Positions 29,285 to 37,524 of a stretch of DNA of 64,000 nucleotides are shown here, one piece after another. Positions within the stretch are counted from its first letter, which is position 1. Every line of letters begins with the position of its first letter. The translations under genes and the position numbers were made by a program. A model generated the notes under the pieces. The model ran no database searches, had not been told where the DNA came from, and saw nothing but the letters and a program-made list of their open reading frames with translations. Origin of the DNA: Candidatus Zhuqueibacterota bacterium (GTDB lineage: Bacteria > Zhuqueibacterota > Zhuqueibacteria > Thermofontimicrobiales > Thermofontimicrobiaceae); the NCBI GenBank assembly GCA_049322915.1, contig JBMOPW010000035.1, positions 64,001 through 128,000 on the forward strand, in the 5' to 3' direction.

Positions 29285-30392
29285 ACAAGACAAACTCATT
29301 GGAAACGGATCAATTATACTCATTGTATTGATTGCTCTGGGACTTATCGTCGCGTTGATTCGCTACTTCTTTGGTCTGGGCGCCATCTCCAACCTGTCCG
29401 ATGCCTATCCCTGGGGAATCTGGATCAGCTTCGACCTTCTCTGTGGTGTGGCATTAGCGGCTGGTGCGTTTGTCACCGCTGCCGCGGTTCACATCTTCGG
29501 CGGCGAAACCATGAAACCGCTATTGCGCCCCGCGATCCTGACCGGCTTCTTAGGCTATGTATTGGTGGTTTTGGCGCTGTTGGTCGACCTGGGTCAATAT
29601 CAACGAATCTGGCACTTGCTCATCTTTTGGAATTTGCATTCTCCATTGTTTGAAGTAGGTTGGTGCGTAATGACCTACACGACCGTGCTGGCGCTGGAGT
29701 TCGTGCCAATCGTGTTGGAGCGTTATAAACTAAAAACGCCTCTGAAATTTTTCAAAAAAATATCTATTGGCTTGATCATCGCCGGCATTGTTTTATCAAC
29801 GATGCACCAGTCGTCTCTGGGAACCATGTTTTTAATTATGCCGGAAAAATTGCATGCCCTGTGGCACACGCCATTTATTCCTGTGTTATTTCTGACATCT
29901 GCAATTGCAGTAGGCATTGCCATGGTGATCTTTGAATCAACGATCAGCACTCGCGTTTTCAAGCGTGAATCCGAAACCGCTGCTCAGGGCAAACTGGCGC
30001 TTGGATTACCATGGGTGTTGGGTCTATATTTCATCATGAAAATCGCTGATTTAGCGGCTCAGGGTGAATTAGGCCTGATCGTTGAAGGATCGAAAGCGAG
30101 CTACCTGTTCATGCTTGAATTGATCATCGGAGTCATCATTCCATTCTTCATCTTTTTAAGCAAGAGCGTACGCAAGAGCACCAAAGCCATGTTCAATGGT
30201 TCTCTTTTCGTCATCGCCGGTTTGATCCTCAACAGATTCAATGTATCGTTATTCAGCATCAAAGCGCCGGAGCAAGCCTGGTATTTCCCGCATCTGATGG
30301 AAATACTGATTACGACCGGAATCGTCTCAGCCGGAATTTTCGCGTATTATTTAATTGCCCGGCATTTTCCAGTGTTTGCTGAAGAGCATTAA
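29274..30392 (+). CDS. NrfD/HybB-family membrane anchor of FDH
   Basis: PWGIW..FD..GVALAAG, DLGQ, MHQSSLG. Confidence 0.88.
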   Translation: MPNKQDKLIGNGSIILIVLIALGLIVALIRYFFGLGAISNLSDAYPWGIWISFDLLCGVALAAGAFVTAAAVHIFGGETMKPLLRPAILTGFLGYVLVVLALLVDLGQYQRIWHLLIFWNLHSPLFEVGWCVMTYTTVLALEFVPIVLERYKLKTPLKFFKKISIGLIIAGIVLSTMHQSSLGTMFLIMPEKLHALWHTPFIPVLFLTSAIAVGIAMVIFESTISTRVFKRESETAAQGKLALGLPWVLGLYFIMKIADLAAQGELGLIVEGSKASYLFMLELIIGVIIPFFIFLSKSVRKSTKAMFNGSLFVIAGLILNRFNVSLFSIKAPEQAWYFPHLMEILITTGIVSAGIFAYYLIARHFPVFAEEH

Positions 30393-30410
30393 TTCATTGT
30401 TGGAGTCCGC

Positions 30411-30451
30411 GTAATCCTTTCAAACGTCGAAAATACTTTTGGAAGGATTAC
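30411..30451 (+). terminator. Stem-loop after the FDH membrane subunit
   Basis: GTAATCCTTTCAAA / TTTGGAAGGATTAC; no strong U tract. Confidence 0.5.
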
Positions 30452-30527
30452 CAGTCGGCAGTGTTCCACTGGACAGATGATACAGGAATTGCAAACCCAT
30501 CATGTATAATATTTGGAAATTAAAATT

Positions 30528-31679
30528 ATGATAAACAGATTAAAATTCCTCTTTCTAATTTCAAACATGTTTTTAATTTTAATTTTCTGCAGTTCAGCAA
30601 AGGGTCAATCAGTAAAACCATTATTAAAAGCCGGCGATCCGATCCCAGCCGTTGAATTGAAAGCGAATTTGACGCCCGAACAAAAACAGTATCTGGGCGT
30701 CAAGAATGCCAAAAAATTTCGATTCGGCGATATCCAGGCATCGGTTGTGGTTGTTGAGTATTTCAATAAATACTGCCCTCATTGTCAGAAGCAAGCGCCT
30801 ATCATGAATCAATTGTATCAGCAAATCCTCCAGGATGAGTCGCTGAAATCGCAGGTGAAAATGATTGGCATCGGCTCTGGCAATAATGAGAAGCAAGTGG
30901 AATTGTTCAGGCAGGAGAAAAACATTCCATTCCCTCTCATTCCTGACGATCAATTCATTCTGCACGATGAGATCGGCAGGCCGCGCACGCCGTTTATTAT
31001 ACTCATAAAAAAATCCGGGACAGAGCAGGGCATCGTAGGCGCCACATTTTTAGGAATTGTACTGACCAATGACCAACTGCTGGAAGACATCCGAAAGCTC
31101 GTGTTTACGGACGTGATGGTGCTCGATGAACAACGTGCGGTCACGGCCGCAGATGAGAATGCGAAGGGATTCCCCAAATTAAGCGACCAGGAATTCAGGC
31201 AAATCGTGGTCGAAAAATTCCAGGCGACCCATGAGAAAGTGATGCTGTTCGAGCGAATCCTTGTATTGGATGAGATGTTTGATATCGTGTACAAAATTCG
31301 CACACAGTCGATACATCCTCAGACGAAGCAGGTGACCGAGCGATCCTTTTTCATTCGGAAAGTCTATCGCAACACAGTCTGCGGCACTTGCCATGATGCG
31401 CATTTCTGGTATACGTTTGATACCAGTGGCAAAATTCTCAATTTTTATTCCATTTACTTGACCAAGGCATATAACCGACAGTGGAACGAAAGCGAGCTGT
31501 CCACTTTTTCTCAACGCATCATTGGTAAGTCGATCGTGGACAGATTCGAATTCAATCCCATAACAGACGCTGTAACAGCAGCGACCATCACATCGAGCCT
31601 GATATTCGATACACTGGCTGAAACGAAAGACCTGTTTGCTCAATTGAAAAAGTCTGGTGCCGTGGAATACAATCACTAA
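30528..31679 (+). CDS. Exported TlpA/redoxin-domain protein fused to an FMN-binding-like domain with CXXCH
   Basis: Signal peptide, YCPHC, VCGTCH, DAVTAATITS. Confidence 0.7.
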   Translation: MINRLKFLFLISNMFLILIFCSSAKGQSVKPLLKAGDPIPAVELKANLTPEQKQYLGVKNAKKFRFGDIQASVVVVEYFNKYCPHCQKQAPIMNQLYQQILQDESLKSQVKMIGIGSGNNEKQVELFRQEKNIPFPLIPDDQFILHDEIGRPRTPFIILIKKSGTEQGIVGATFLGIVLTNDQLLEDIRKLVFTDVMVLDEQRAVTAADENAKGFPKLSDQEFRQIVVEKFQATHEKVMLFERILVLDEMFDIVYKIRTQSIHPQTKQVTERSFFIRKVYRNTVCGTCHDAHFWYTFDTSGKILNFYSIYLTKAYNRQWNESELSTFSQRIIGKSIVDRFEFNPITDAVTAATITSSLIFDTLAETKDLFAQLKKSGAVEYNH

Positions 31680-31715
31680 TCAACTGTATGTATAAACGTT
31701 AAGGAGAATGTAACA

Positions 31716-32810
31716 ATGAGAAAAGCGATTCTGATTCTGTTCCTAAGCTTTCTTTTTATCCCTGCTCTATTTGCTCAGGTGGAATTAAAACACTATGGAT
31801 TTCTCAAGGGTGACATGGTCTATGCCACAAAAGGCGTTATGTCCTTTGGCAAAGACAATCTCTCCGCTGCCCAATTGGCTTCTGGTGTCGATAATCCTGC
31901 TCTCGGCTTCACTGCCCAACATTCCCGTTTCGGGTTGAAAGGCACAGCCGGCGATGCAATTAAAGTTGGTGGTTTGTTAGAACTGGACTTCTTCTGGGGT
32001 GGATTCGATGCCAATGCCCGCTCCCGCGTGCGCCTGGCCTACGCCTCCATGCAGAAGGGGAATATGGAACTCCGCTTTGGTCAGCAGTGGGATTTATTCT
32101 CACCGAACATTCCAATGACGGTCAATACCAATGGCATTCTCTGGTATAGCGGCAATTACGGCTTCCGACGCGCTCAGATCCAATTCCATTATAAAATGCC
32201 CCTGGGCGGCATGTCTCCGCTGATTCAACTCTCGGTTGGCGAAGCGGCAAAAGAGGAAAGCACGCTGGGAGATGACAACAAGGCTGCCTTCCCCATGCTG
32301 CAAGGTCGGTTGTCGAATAAATTCATGGACAAACACACTGTCGGCGCTTACTTTGTCCATGCCAAATTCGATCCGAATCCCGATCTGGATGACGATGAGT
32401 ACACGACGTCTGGATTTGGCGTTGATTTTGACATGCAATTCAGCGCTATGCTGGCTGTGAAAGGTGAATTCAATAGCGGCACTAACCTGAACAATGCCAA
32501 CCTGTTCACGATTGCCGGCAACGGATTAGCCGACGTTGACAGAAAAAGCATGGGGTTCTGGTTCAATGCCATTTCCAAACCTTCCACCAAAGTCAATTTT
32601 GTGCTGGGATACGGAATGGATAAGAACCAGACCGACGACCTGGCCGAAGGGGCCATTGAGCAAAACAGCACCATTTATGGGGATATTATTTTCCCGATGG
32701 GCAATGGATTTTGCATCTCCCTGGAAGCTCAGAGCATTTCAACAAAAATTAAAGACGGCGACACCAACAGCGCCCTGGTATTTGACATAGCTGGAATTAT
32801 TAATTTCTAA
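31716..32810 (+). CDS. Outer-membrane porin (DcaP-like)
   Basis: YGFLKGD, SRFG, ELDF, RVRLAY, GQQWDLFSP; C-terminal Phe. Confidence 0.75.
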   Translation: MRKAILILFLSFLFIPALFAQVELKHYGFLKGDMVYATKGVMSFGKDNLSAAQLASGVDNPALGFTAQHSRFGLKGTAGDAIKVGGLLELDFFWGGFDANARSRVRLAYASMQKGNMELRFGQQWDLFSPNIPMTVNTNGILWYSGNYGFRRAQIQFHYKMPLGGMSPLIQLSVGEAAKEESTLGDDNKAAFPMLQGRLSNKFMDKHTVGAYFVHAKFDPNPDLDDDEYTTSGFGVDFDMQFSAMLAVKGEFNSGTNLNNANLFTIAGNGLADVDRKSMGFWFNAISKPSTKVNFVLGYGMDKNQTDDLAEGAIEQNSTIYGDIIFPMGNGFCISLEAQSISTKIKDGDTNSALVFDIAGIINF

Positions 32811-32826
32811 GAAATAGTAAAATCAT

Positions 32827-32862
32827 TCGTCATCCACCTCATGGTGGATGACGACCCTTTTA
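32827..32862 (+). terminator. Stem-loop/terminator after the FDH-porin operon
   Basis: Perfect 12-bp stem TCGTCATCCACC-TCAT-GGTGGATGACGA then CCCTTTT. Confidence 0.65.
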
Positions 32863-32873
32863 ATGAAGCATAA

Positions 32874-32972
32874 AATCTCCGAGTCCTTTTACCTGCAGGG
32901 AAACCCATGGTAAATCGACCGATAGGGTTTGATTGGAAACAAGCAAGCCTCCCGGACTTGGAAAGGAGATCC
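32874..32972 (+). ncRNA. Moco RNA motif (molybdenum/tungsten cofactor riboswitch)
   Basis: ATCTCCGAG...ACCT...GGT...AGGG...GGAAAC...GCCTCCC...TGGAAAGGAGAT, with P1 formed by ATCTCC/GGAGAT. Confidence 0.85.
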
Positions 32973-32977
32973 TTATT

Positions 32978-33139
32978 ATGTCTGCTCATTTTCATACCAG
33001 TTTCACCTCAAAGGAAATTCTCTTTTTCACCCCAGATATCACATTGCGCTATGTTCAATCTTATTTGTCTGGCATGGGAGCTTTGTCATTTTGTTGTCCA
33101 GCTTACCCTGAAACCGCAGGACTTTATTGTATTTGCTGA
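32978..33139 (+). CDS. Possible 53-aa Cys-containing small ORF using the riboswitch RBS
   Basis: AAGGAG 9 nt before ATG; MSAHFH...FCCPAYPETAGLYCIC; no recognised homology. Confidence 0.3.
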   Translation: MSAHFHTSFTSKEILFFTPDITLRYVQSYLSGMGALSFCCPAYPETAGLYCIC

Positions 33140-33276
33140 GACTTAATTATTGAGCGTTCATCGTTTTTTGTTTGTGTGCCTGACAATGCCAATTCATAGT
33201 CAATGCTTGCTTGTTGGGATACATCCTGGCAGACATGCATTGATTCCATTTTAACTTTTATTTATGGGAGTAAAAA

Positions 33277-34071
33277 ATGAAATTGTTGTCCAAACGTTCG
33301 TTGTCCTTTCTTCTTGTTGTCTTTCTTTTATGCACCTTGATCATTAGCTGCGATAAGGATAATCCGGCTGAACCGAAACCAGAAGAGGATAGTTATCTCT
33401 GGATTCACTTCAAATCGGACTCAACCAAAATCGAGTTTGAGGCATTGCCCAAAATCGATGCGGATGGTGAAGAGGCAATTCAACTCAGCTCATTTATCGA
33501 TACAACGCTCGTAGCAATTTTCCGAGATAAAAATGGTAATCCGTATGACGCCAGAAAACTTTATGCTTATCAGGTCAAAGGTGAAGATGGATTCTCCGCA
33601 TCATCAAAAGGCTATTTAAACAACACATGGGAGCAACTCTCTCTGGGACATATCATCACAGCGACCCGGCAGGTTGTTTTTCCAGACGATAAAATCGATC
33701 TGGCTGGCGCCTATAATGTCAAATCAACCCTTCACATCTTTCTCCACCGCAAGTTTGATATCATCACCCCGGACACAACGACCTTCGTTGAACTCCGCGC
33801 GCTGAATCAAACATCCATCACGAACCTTGATGGGCAGATGGAAAACGCCCTGGTTCTGAAAGATTTCGTAACAACGCTGGTGACCGCCCCTGAAAGTCGT
33901 ACGTTCAATATGAGATCGCTGGACGATTTCGGGCCCTCCTCCGACATGACCTGGGAGCAATTCCAGACTGGTTATTGGCTGATGAGCAGTGAATCGACCA
34001 TGTTCACCGATCCAGCTTTCAATTCAGGAAGATATAAAGTAAAAGTCTTAGAAAAAATTCTGGTGAATTAA
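33277..34071 (+). CDS. Lipoprotein of unknown function
   Basis: Lipobox IISC; two similar halves (..TWEQ...G); 3 bp upstream of the TonB receptor. Confidence 0.75.
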   Translation: MKLLSKRSLSFLLVVFLLCTLIISCDKDNPAEPKPEEDSYLWIHFKSDSTKIEFEALPKIDADGEEAIQLSSFIDTTLVAIFRDKNGNPYDARKLYAYQVKGEDGFSASSKGYLNNTWEQLSLGHIITATRQVVFPDDKIDLAGAYNVKSTLHIFLHRKFDIITPDTTTFVELRALNQTSITNLDGQMENALVLKDFVTTLVTAPESRTFNMRSLDDFGPSSDMTWEQFQTGYWLMSSESTMFTDPAFNSGRYKVKVLEKILVN

Positions 34072-34074
34072 CCT

Positions 34075-36018
34075 ATGAGTCGATTCCAATTGTATATCGT
34101 ACTTCTGACACTTGCTCTGTTGCTCCCTTCAGGCTATGCGCAAGAGGTGTATCCGGCGAAAAGCGACTCCGGTGTTCAATACTTCCGGCTTCAGGAGATT
34201 GTTATTTATGGCAACCGGGACAAGGTGAATCAGTGCACCGTCCTTGAACTTGATCAGCAACAAATGAAAACCAGGAACTCCACAACGGTTTCTGAACTGC
34301 TGAGCTTTGAGCCCGGATTGAATCTCACCTCAGGATACAAAAGCGAGACTGAAACCCGAATTCGGGGATTTCGCTCCAGCGACGTACTGGTGCTGATGGA
34401 TGGAAGACCGATCAATCCCGGTTATTATGGCCGTGTCGATCTCTCCATGTTACCATTGGATAATCTGGCGAAGGTCACTGTGATCAAAGGGCCGGCATCC
34501 GTGGCATATGGTGCAAACGCGATGGGTGGCGTAATTAACATCGTCACTCAGAATGGAATGGAAAATCCCCGGACTGTTGTTGAGGCTAAACTTGGCGATT
34601 ACCAGTATCGCAGCATAAACCTGAATCACAGTCGCCAGATCGGCCGTTTCAACTACTGGATTTCCGGGTACGAGCATCATGCCAATGGCTTGGCGATGAG
34701 CCGCGAATTCGAGCCCACGAAATATGAGGACGGCGGCAAAAGAGAATTGAGCCGGTATCATAAACTGGGCATCAGCGGTAAAGTTGGGTTTTCGCCCCAT
34801 GATAATTTATGGCTTACGCTTTCGTCGGATTACCATTGGGCAAAGAAAGACATTCCAGTCGCCACACGGTTCGTTCCCGGTGATACGCCCCGGTACTGGC
34901 GTTTCCCGAACTGGGAGCGGTACAGTCTTGCTTTGAGCGGCGAATGGAAATTGAATTCCGGATTGTCCATGAAATCGATCATTTTCACCGATGCATACAA
35001 TGATCGGTTGATCAATTATTTGACCGCTGAAATGGACGAGGATTACATCGATTACGACTCATTGCTCGAGAATTTCACCACCGGGGGCCTGGTTCAGGGT
35101 GAATATTTCCCGTCGCCCCGGCATCACCTCCTTGTGGGCGTTCAGTTTCGACGCGATCAGATGGATAAGAAACCCGATCTCAATGAACCGTGGGAAAATC
35201 ACTTTGCATCAACAGGGTCGTTCTATGCTCAGGACGATTTCAAACCCTGGGAAAAAACACTGGTGACATTGGGCGTTGGTTACTTCTATCATCGAACGGA
35301 AGTTGGGCCGGGCAGTGGGAACGTAACACCGATGGCAAGCATTCAGCAACAGCTATGGCACGACTGGAATCTGTTCGCCAGTTATTCTCAGGCCGTTCGT
35401 TTTCCGACCCTGCATCAGCTCTACAGCGTGACTTCAGGAAATTCTGAACTTCAGCCGGAATATGCCAATAAATTCGAATTAGGCGTCAAGAAAATCTTTG
35501 GTTCATCCCATCCGCATCGGTTTCTCTCCGTTGACCTGGCCTTGTTTTACAATGAACTGGAGGATATGATTTATCGATCGTCCCGTTCATTGCGCTACAA
35601 AAACATATCCCGATCGACCATGCAGGGGGTTGAATTCAGAATGAATTATTCGGTAAATCGATATGTCTCCGGTGAATTAAGCTACAGCTTTATCGACTTC
35701 CCCCAGCCAACGATGGAGATTGATGAATATCTTCCGGCCAACAAGTTCCGGGGGATGGTCACAGTCAAATCTAACGTTGGAACGAAGCTCAGTTACGAAG
35801 CAGCGTACGTCGATGAGCGGTTGTTCTATTACACCAGCACGTTCTTTACTGTGATGCCTGATTTTTATATCCATAATGTCAATGTAAGTCAAGAGATAAC
35901 TCAATGGTTAAGTGTCCGGCTGGAGGTCAGCAATCTTCTGGATAAATACTATGAAGAAGAATTTGGCTATCCTCAGCCGGGTCGACAAGTCCTGGGAGGT
36001 ATCCGCTTCATATTTTAA
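34075..36018 (+). CDS. TonB-dependent receptor
   Basis: Plug IRGF..VLVLMDGRP, KGPASVAYGANAMGGVINIVT, NLLDKYY, C-terminal F. Confidence 0.92.
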   Translation: MSRFQLYIVLLTLALLLPSGYAQEVYPAKSDSGVQYFRLQEIVIYGNRDKVNQCTVLELDQQQMKTRNSTTVSELLSFEPGLNLTSGYKSETETRIRGFRSSDVLVLMDGRPINPGYYGRVDLSMLPLDNLAKVTVIKGPASVAYGANAMGGVINIVTQNGMENPRTVVEAKLGDYQYRSINLNHSRQIGRFNYWISGYEHHANGLAMSREFEPTKYEDGGKRELSRYHKLGISGKVGFSPHDNLWLTLSSDYHWAKKDIPVATRFVPGDTPRYWRFPNWERYSLALSGEWKLNSGLSMKSIIFTDAYNDRLINYLTAEMDEDYIDYDSLLENFTTGGLVQGEYFPSPRHHLLVGVQFRRDQMDKKPDLNEPWENHFASTGSFYAQDDFKPWEKTLVTLGVGYFYHRTEVGPGSGNVTPMASIQQQLWHDWNLFASYSQAVRFPTLHQLYSVTSGNSELQPEYANKFELGVKKIFGSSHPHRFLSVDLALFYNELEDMIYRSSRSLRYKNISRSTMQGVEFRMNYSVNRYVSGELSYSFIDFPQPTMEIDEYLPANKFRGMVTVKSNVGTKLSYEAAYVDERLFYYTSTFFTVMPDFYIHNVNVSQEITQWLSVRLEVSNLLDKYYEEEFGYPQPGRQVLGGIRFIF

Positions 36019-36090
36019 AAGTAATTTTTAAATTGCATTCGCCTATTTCGTGATAATGTAAAAATTTCATATACGCCTAAAAAATTACAA

Positions 36091-36123
36091 CCCTCTCCGA
36101 TGGTTCAATCCCATCGGAGAGGG
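36091..36123. terminator. Perfect hairpin between convergent operons
   Basis: CCCTCTCCGATGG-ttcaatc-CCATCGGAGAGGG. Confidence 0.6.
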
Positions 36124-36342
36124 ATAACTGGAGTGGAACGATGCCAATAAAATAATCGAGGATTATTTGTATAATTGGTTAAATTAGGGATAATGGGAAA
36201 ACGATCATTGCTATCTCGGGGATGCCATTGGAATCATTTTTGAGATTGAGTAGCTGAAGGTTTTAGAACGACGTTATCACTGGATTAAAAAAAGTCCTAC
36301 TCTATGACTGTAACATTTTATCATAACAGACCGCGCGCAATT

Positions 36343-36957
36343 TCAGTTTCGATTGAACTTGACTGCCCGGACAAAATATTCCCCCGGGGCGTCATTAATG
36401 GTTTCGACAGTGTAATCAAGCGTTTGCAGCAGATCGCCCAATTGATTTCCCCGGATGAGTCGATGATTTTTGACCGGGCTATGCAGGGTTTCGTGAAATG
36501 TATTTAACTCCGCACTGCTGCGCAGGTGAATGATGCTCAGTTCTCCCCCGTTTTTCAACACCCGCCAACATTCCCTCAGCGCCACGGCCGTATCTGCGAA
36601 ATGCGGAAACACCTGAAACGCGATAATGATATCGAATTTCTCATGGCGAAAAGGCAGATGATGGACATCGGCGCAGAATGGCGAAATAGACTCATAGTTT
36701 TTGGAAGCGGCGACGGCTGCCATTTCTGCGGCATAGTCGATGGCGTACACTCGCGCGCCGGGCTGCGCCAGCTTTTTCAGCGCAGGGAAAATGACCCCGG
36801 TGCCGCAACCCAGATCGAGTATGCAATTCGCGCGGTGTATGGCCAGCCTCGAAAGCAGTGATTCAATGCGTTCGCCGGGATAGTTCATCCGGCGATCCCA
36901 TTCCGGCGCCAGGTTGTTGAAATGCTGGCGCGTCTTCCGGTCGTTCAGATTCATCAT
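36343..36957 (-). CDS. Class I SAM-dependent methyltransferase
   Basis: ILDLGCGTG, VLKNGG; start moved to ATG 36957, which overlaps the upstream stop. Confidence 0.85.
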   Translation of the reverse strand: MMNLNDRKTRQHFNNLAPEWDRRMNYPGERIESLLSRLAIHRANCILDLGCGTGVIFPALKKLAQPGARVYAIDYAAEMAAVAASKNYESISPFCADVHHLPFRHEKFDIIIAFQVFPHFADTAVALRECWRVLKNGGELSIIHLRSSAELNTFHETLHSPVKNHRLIRGNQLGDLLQTLDYTVETINDAPGEYFVRAVKFNRN

Positions 36958-37460
36958 AGGTAAATGACATTCCTCTTTTTTAATGCGCTCAAAATGAGCG
37001 GGATGAGCACTCCCTGAAGGGCAATTCCCGGCAGTGAAACAATGGCGCCAATCGTGACGGCTACCGCCGGAAAACCCAGCAGAGGCAGAAACACGAATAG
37101 CATCAGCACATAAGCCACGCGCTCGCCGACAAGGGCTGAAATCAGGCACACCCAGAAATTCGACTTTCGCTTTTTGTAGAAATACGAGATGATCGAGGCC
37201 GCGGTCATTCCCTCAACGCTCATGATGACCGCTGTCGGGAATAGCGGCGGCATCCCGGTGATCAGCGCTGAAACCCATGGGCCAGCCAGTCCGACGAGGA
37301 TCGCGTATGGAAAGTCCAGCACGAAACCGGCCAACAGGATGGGCAGAAATATGGGCAGGAACAGTCTGCCAAGCCCCAGAATGTGAAATACAATCGGCAC
37401 CAACACGCACAGCGCCAGGAATAACGCGCTCAGAGAAATTTGACGAGTTTTTATGTGCAT
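36954..37460 (-). CDS. ECF transporter S component
   Basis: About 6 TM; SALFLAL..P..FH...FLPIF.P...TGMPP motif. Confidence 0.8.
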   Translation of the reverse strand: MHIKTRQISLSALFLALCVLVPIVFHILGLGRLFLPIFLPILLAGFVLDFPYAILVGLAGPWVSALITGMPPLFPTAVIMSVEGMTAASIISYFYKKRKSNFWVCLISALVGERVAYVLMLFVFLPLLGFPAVAVTIGAIVSLPGIALQGVLIPLILSALKKRNVIYL

Positions 37461-37524
37461 ACCGCCCGGTTAATTTCGATTTCAGTTCATCCCCTGAAGA
37501 GTATGATTGCCTGGTCGTTTGGAT

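Noticed and set aside
33137..33139. C-I-C-TGA as another Sec site
   Set aside because: No SECIS-like hairpin is visible downstream.
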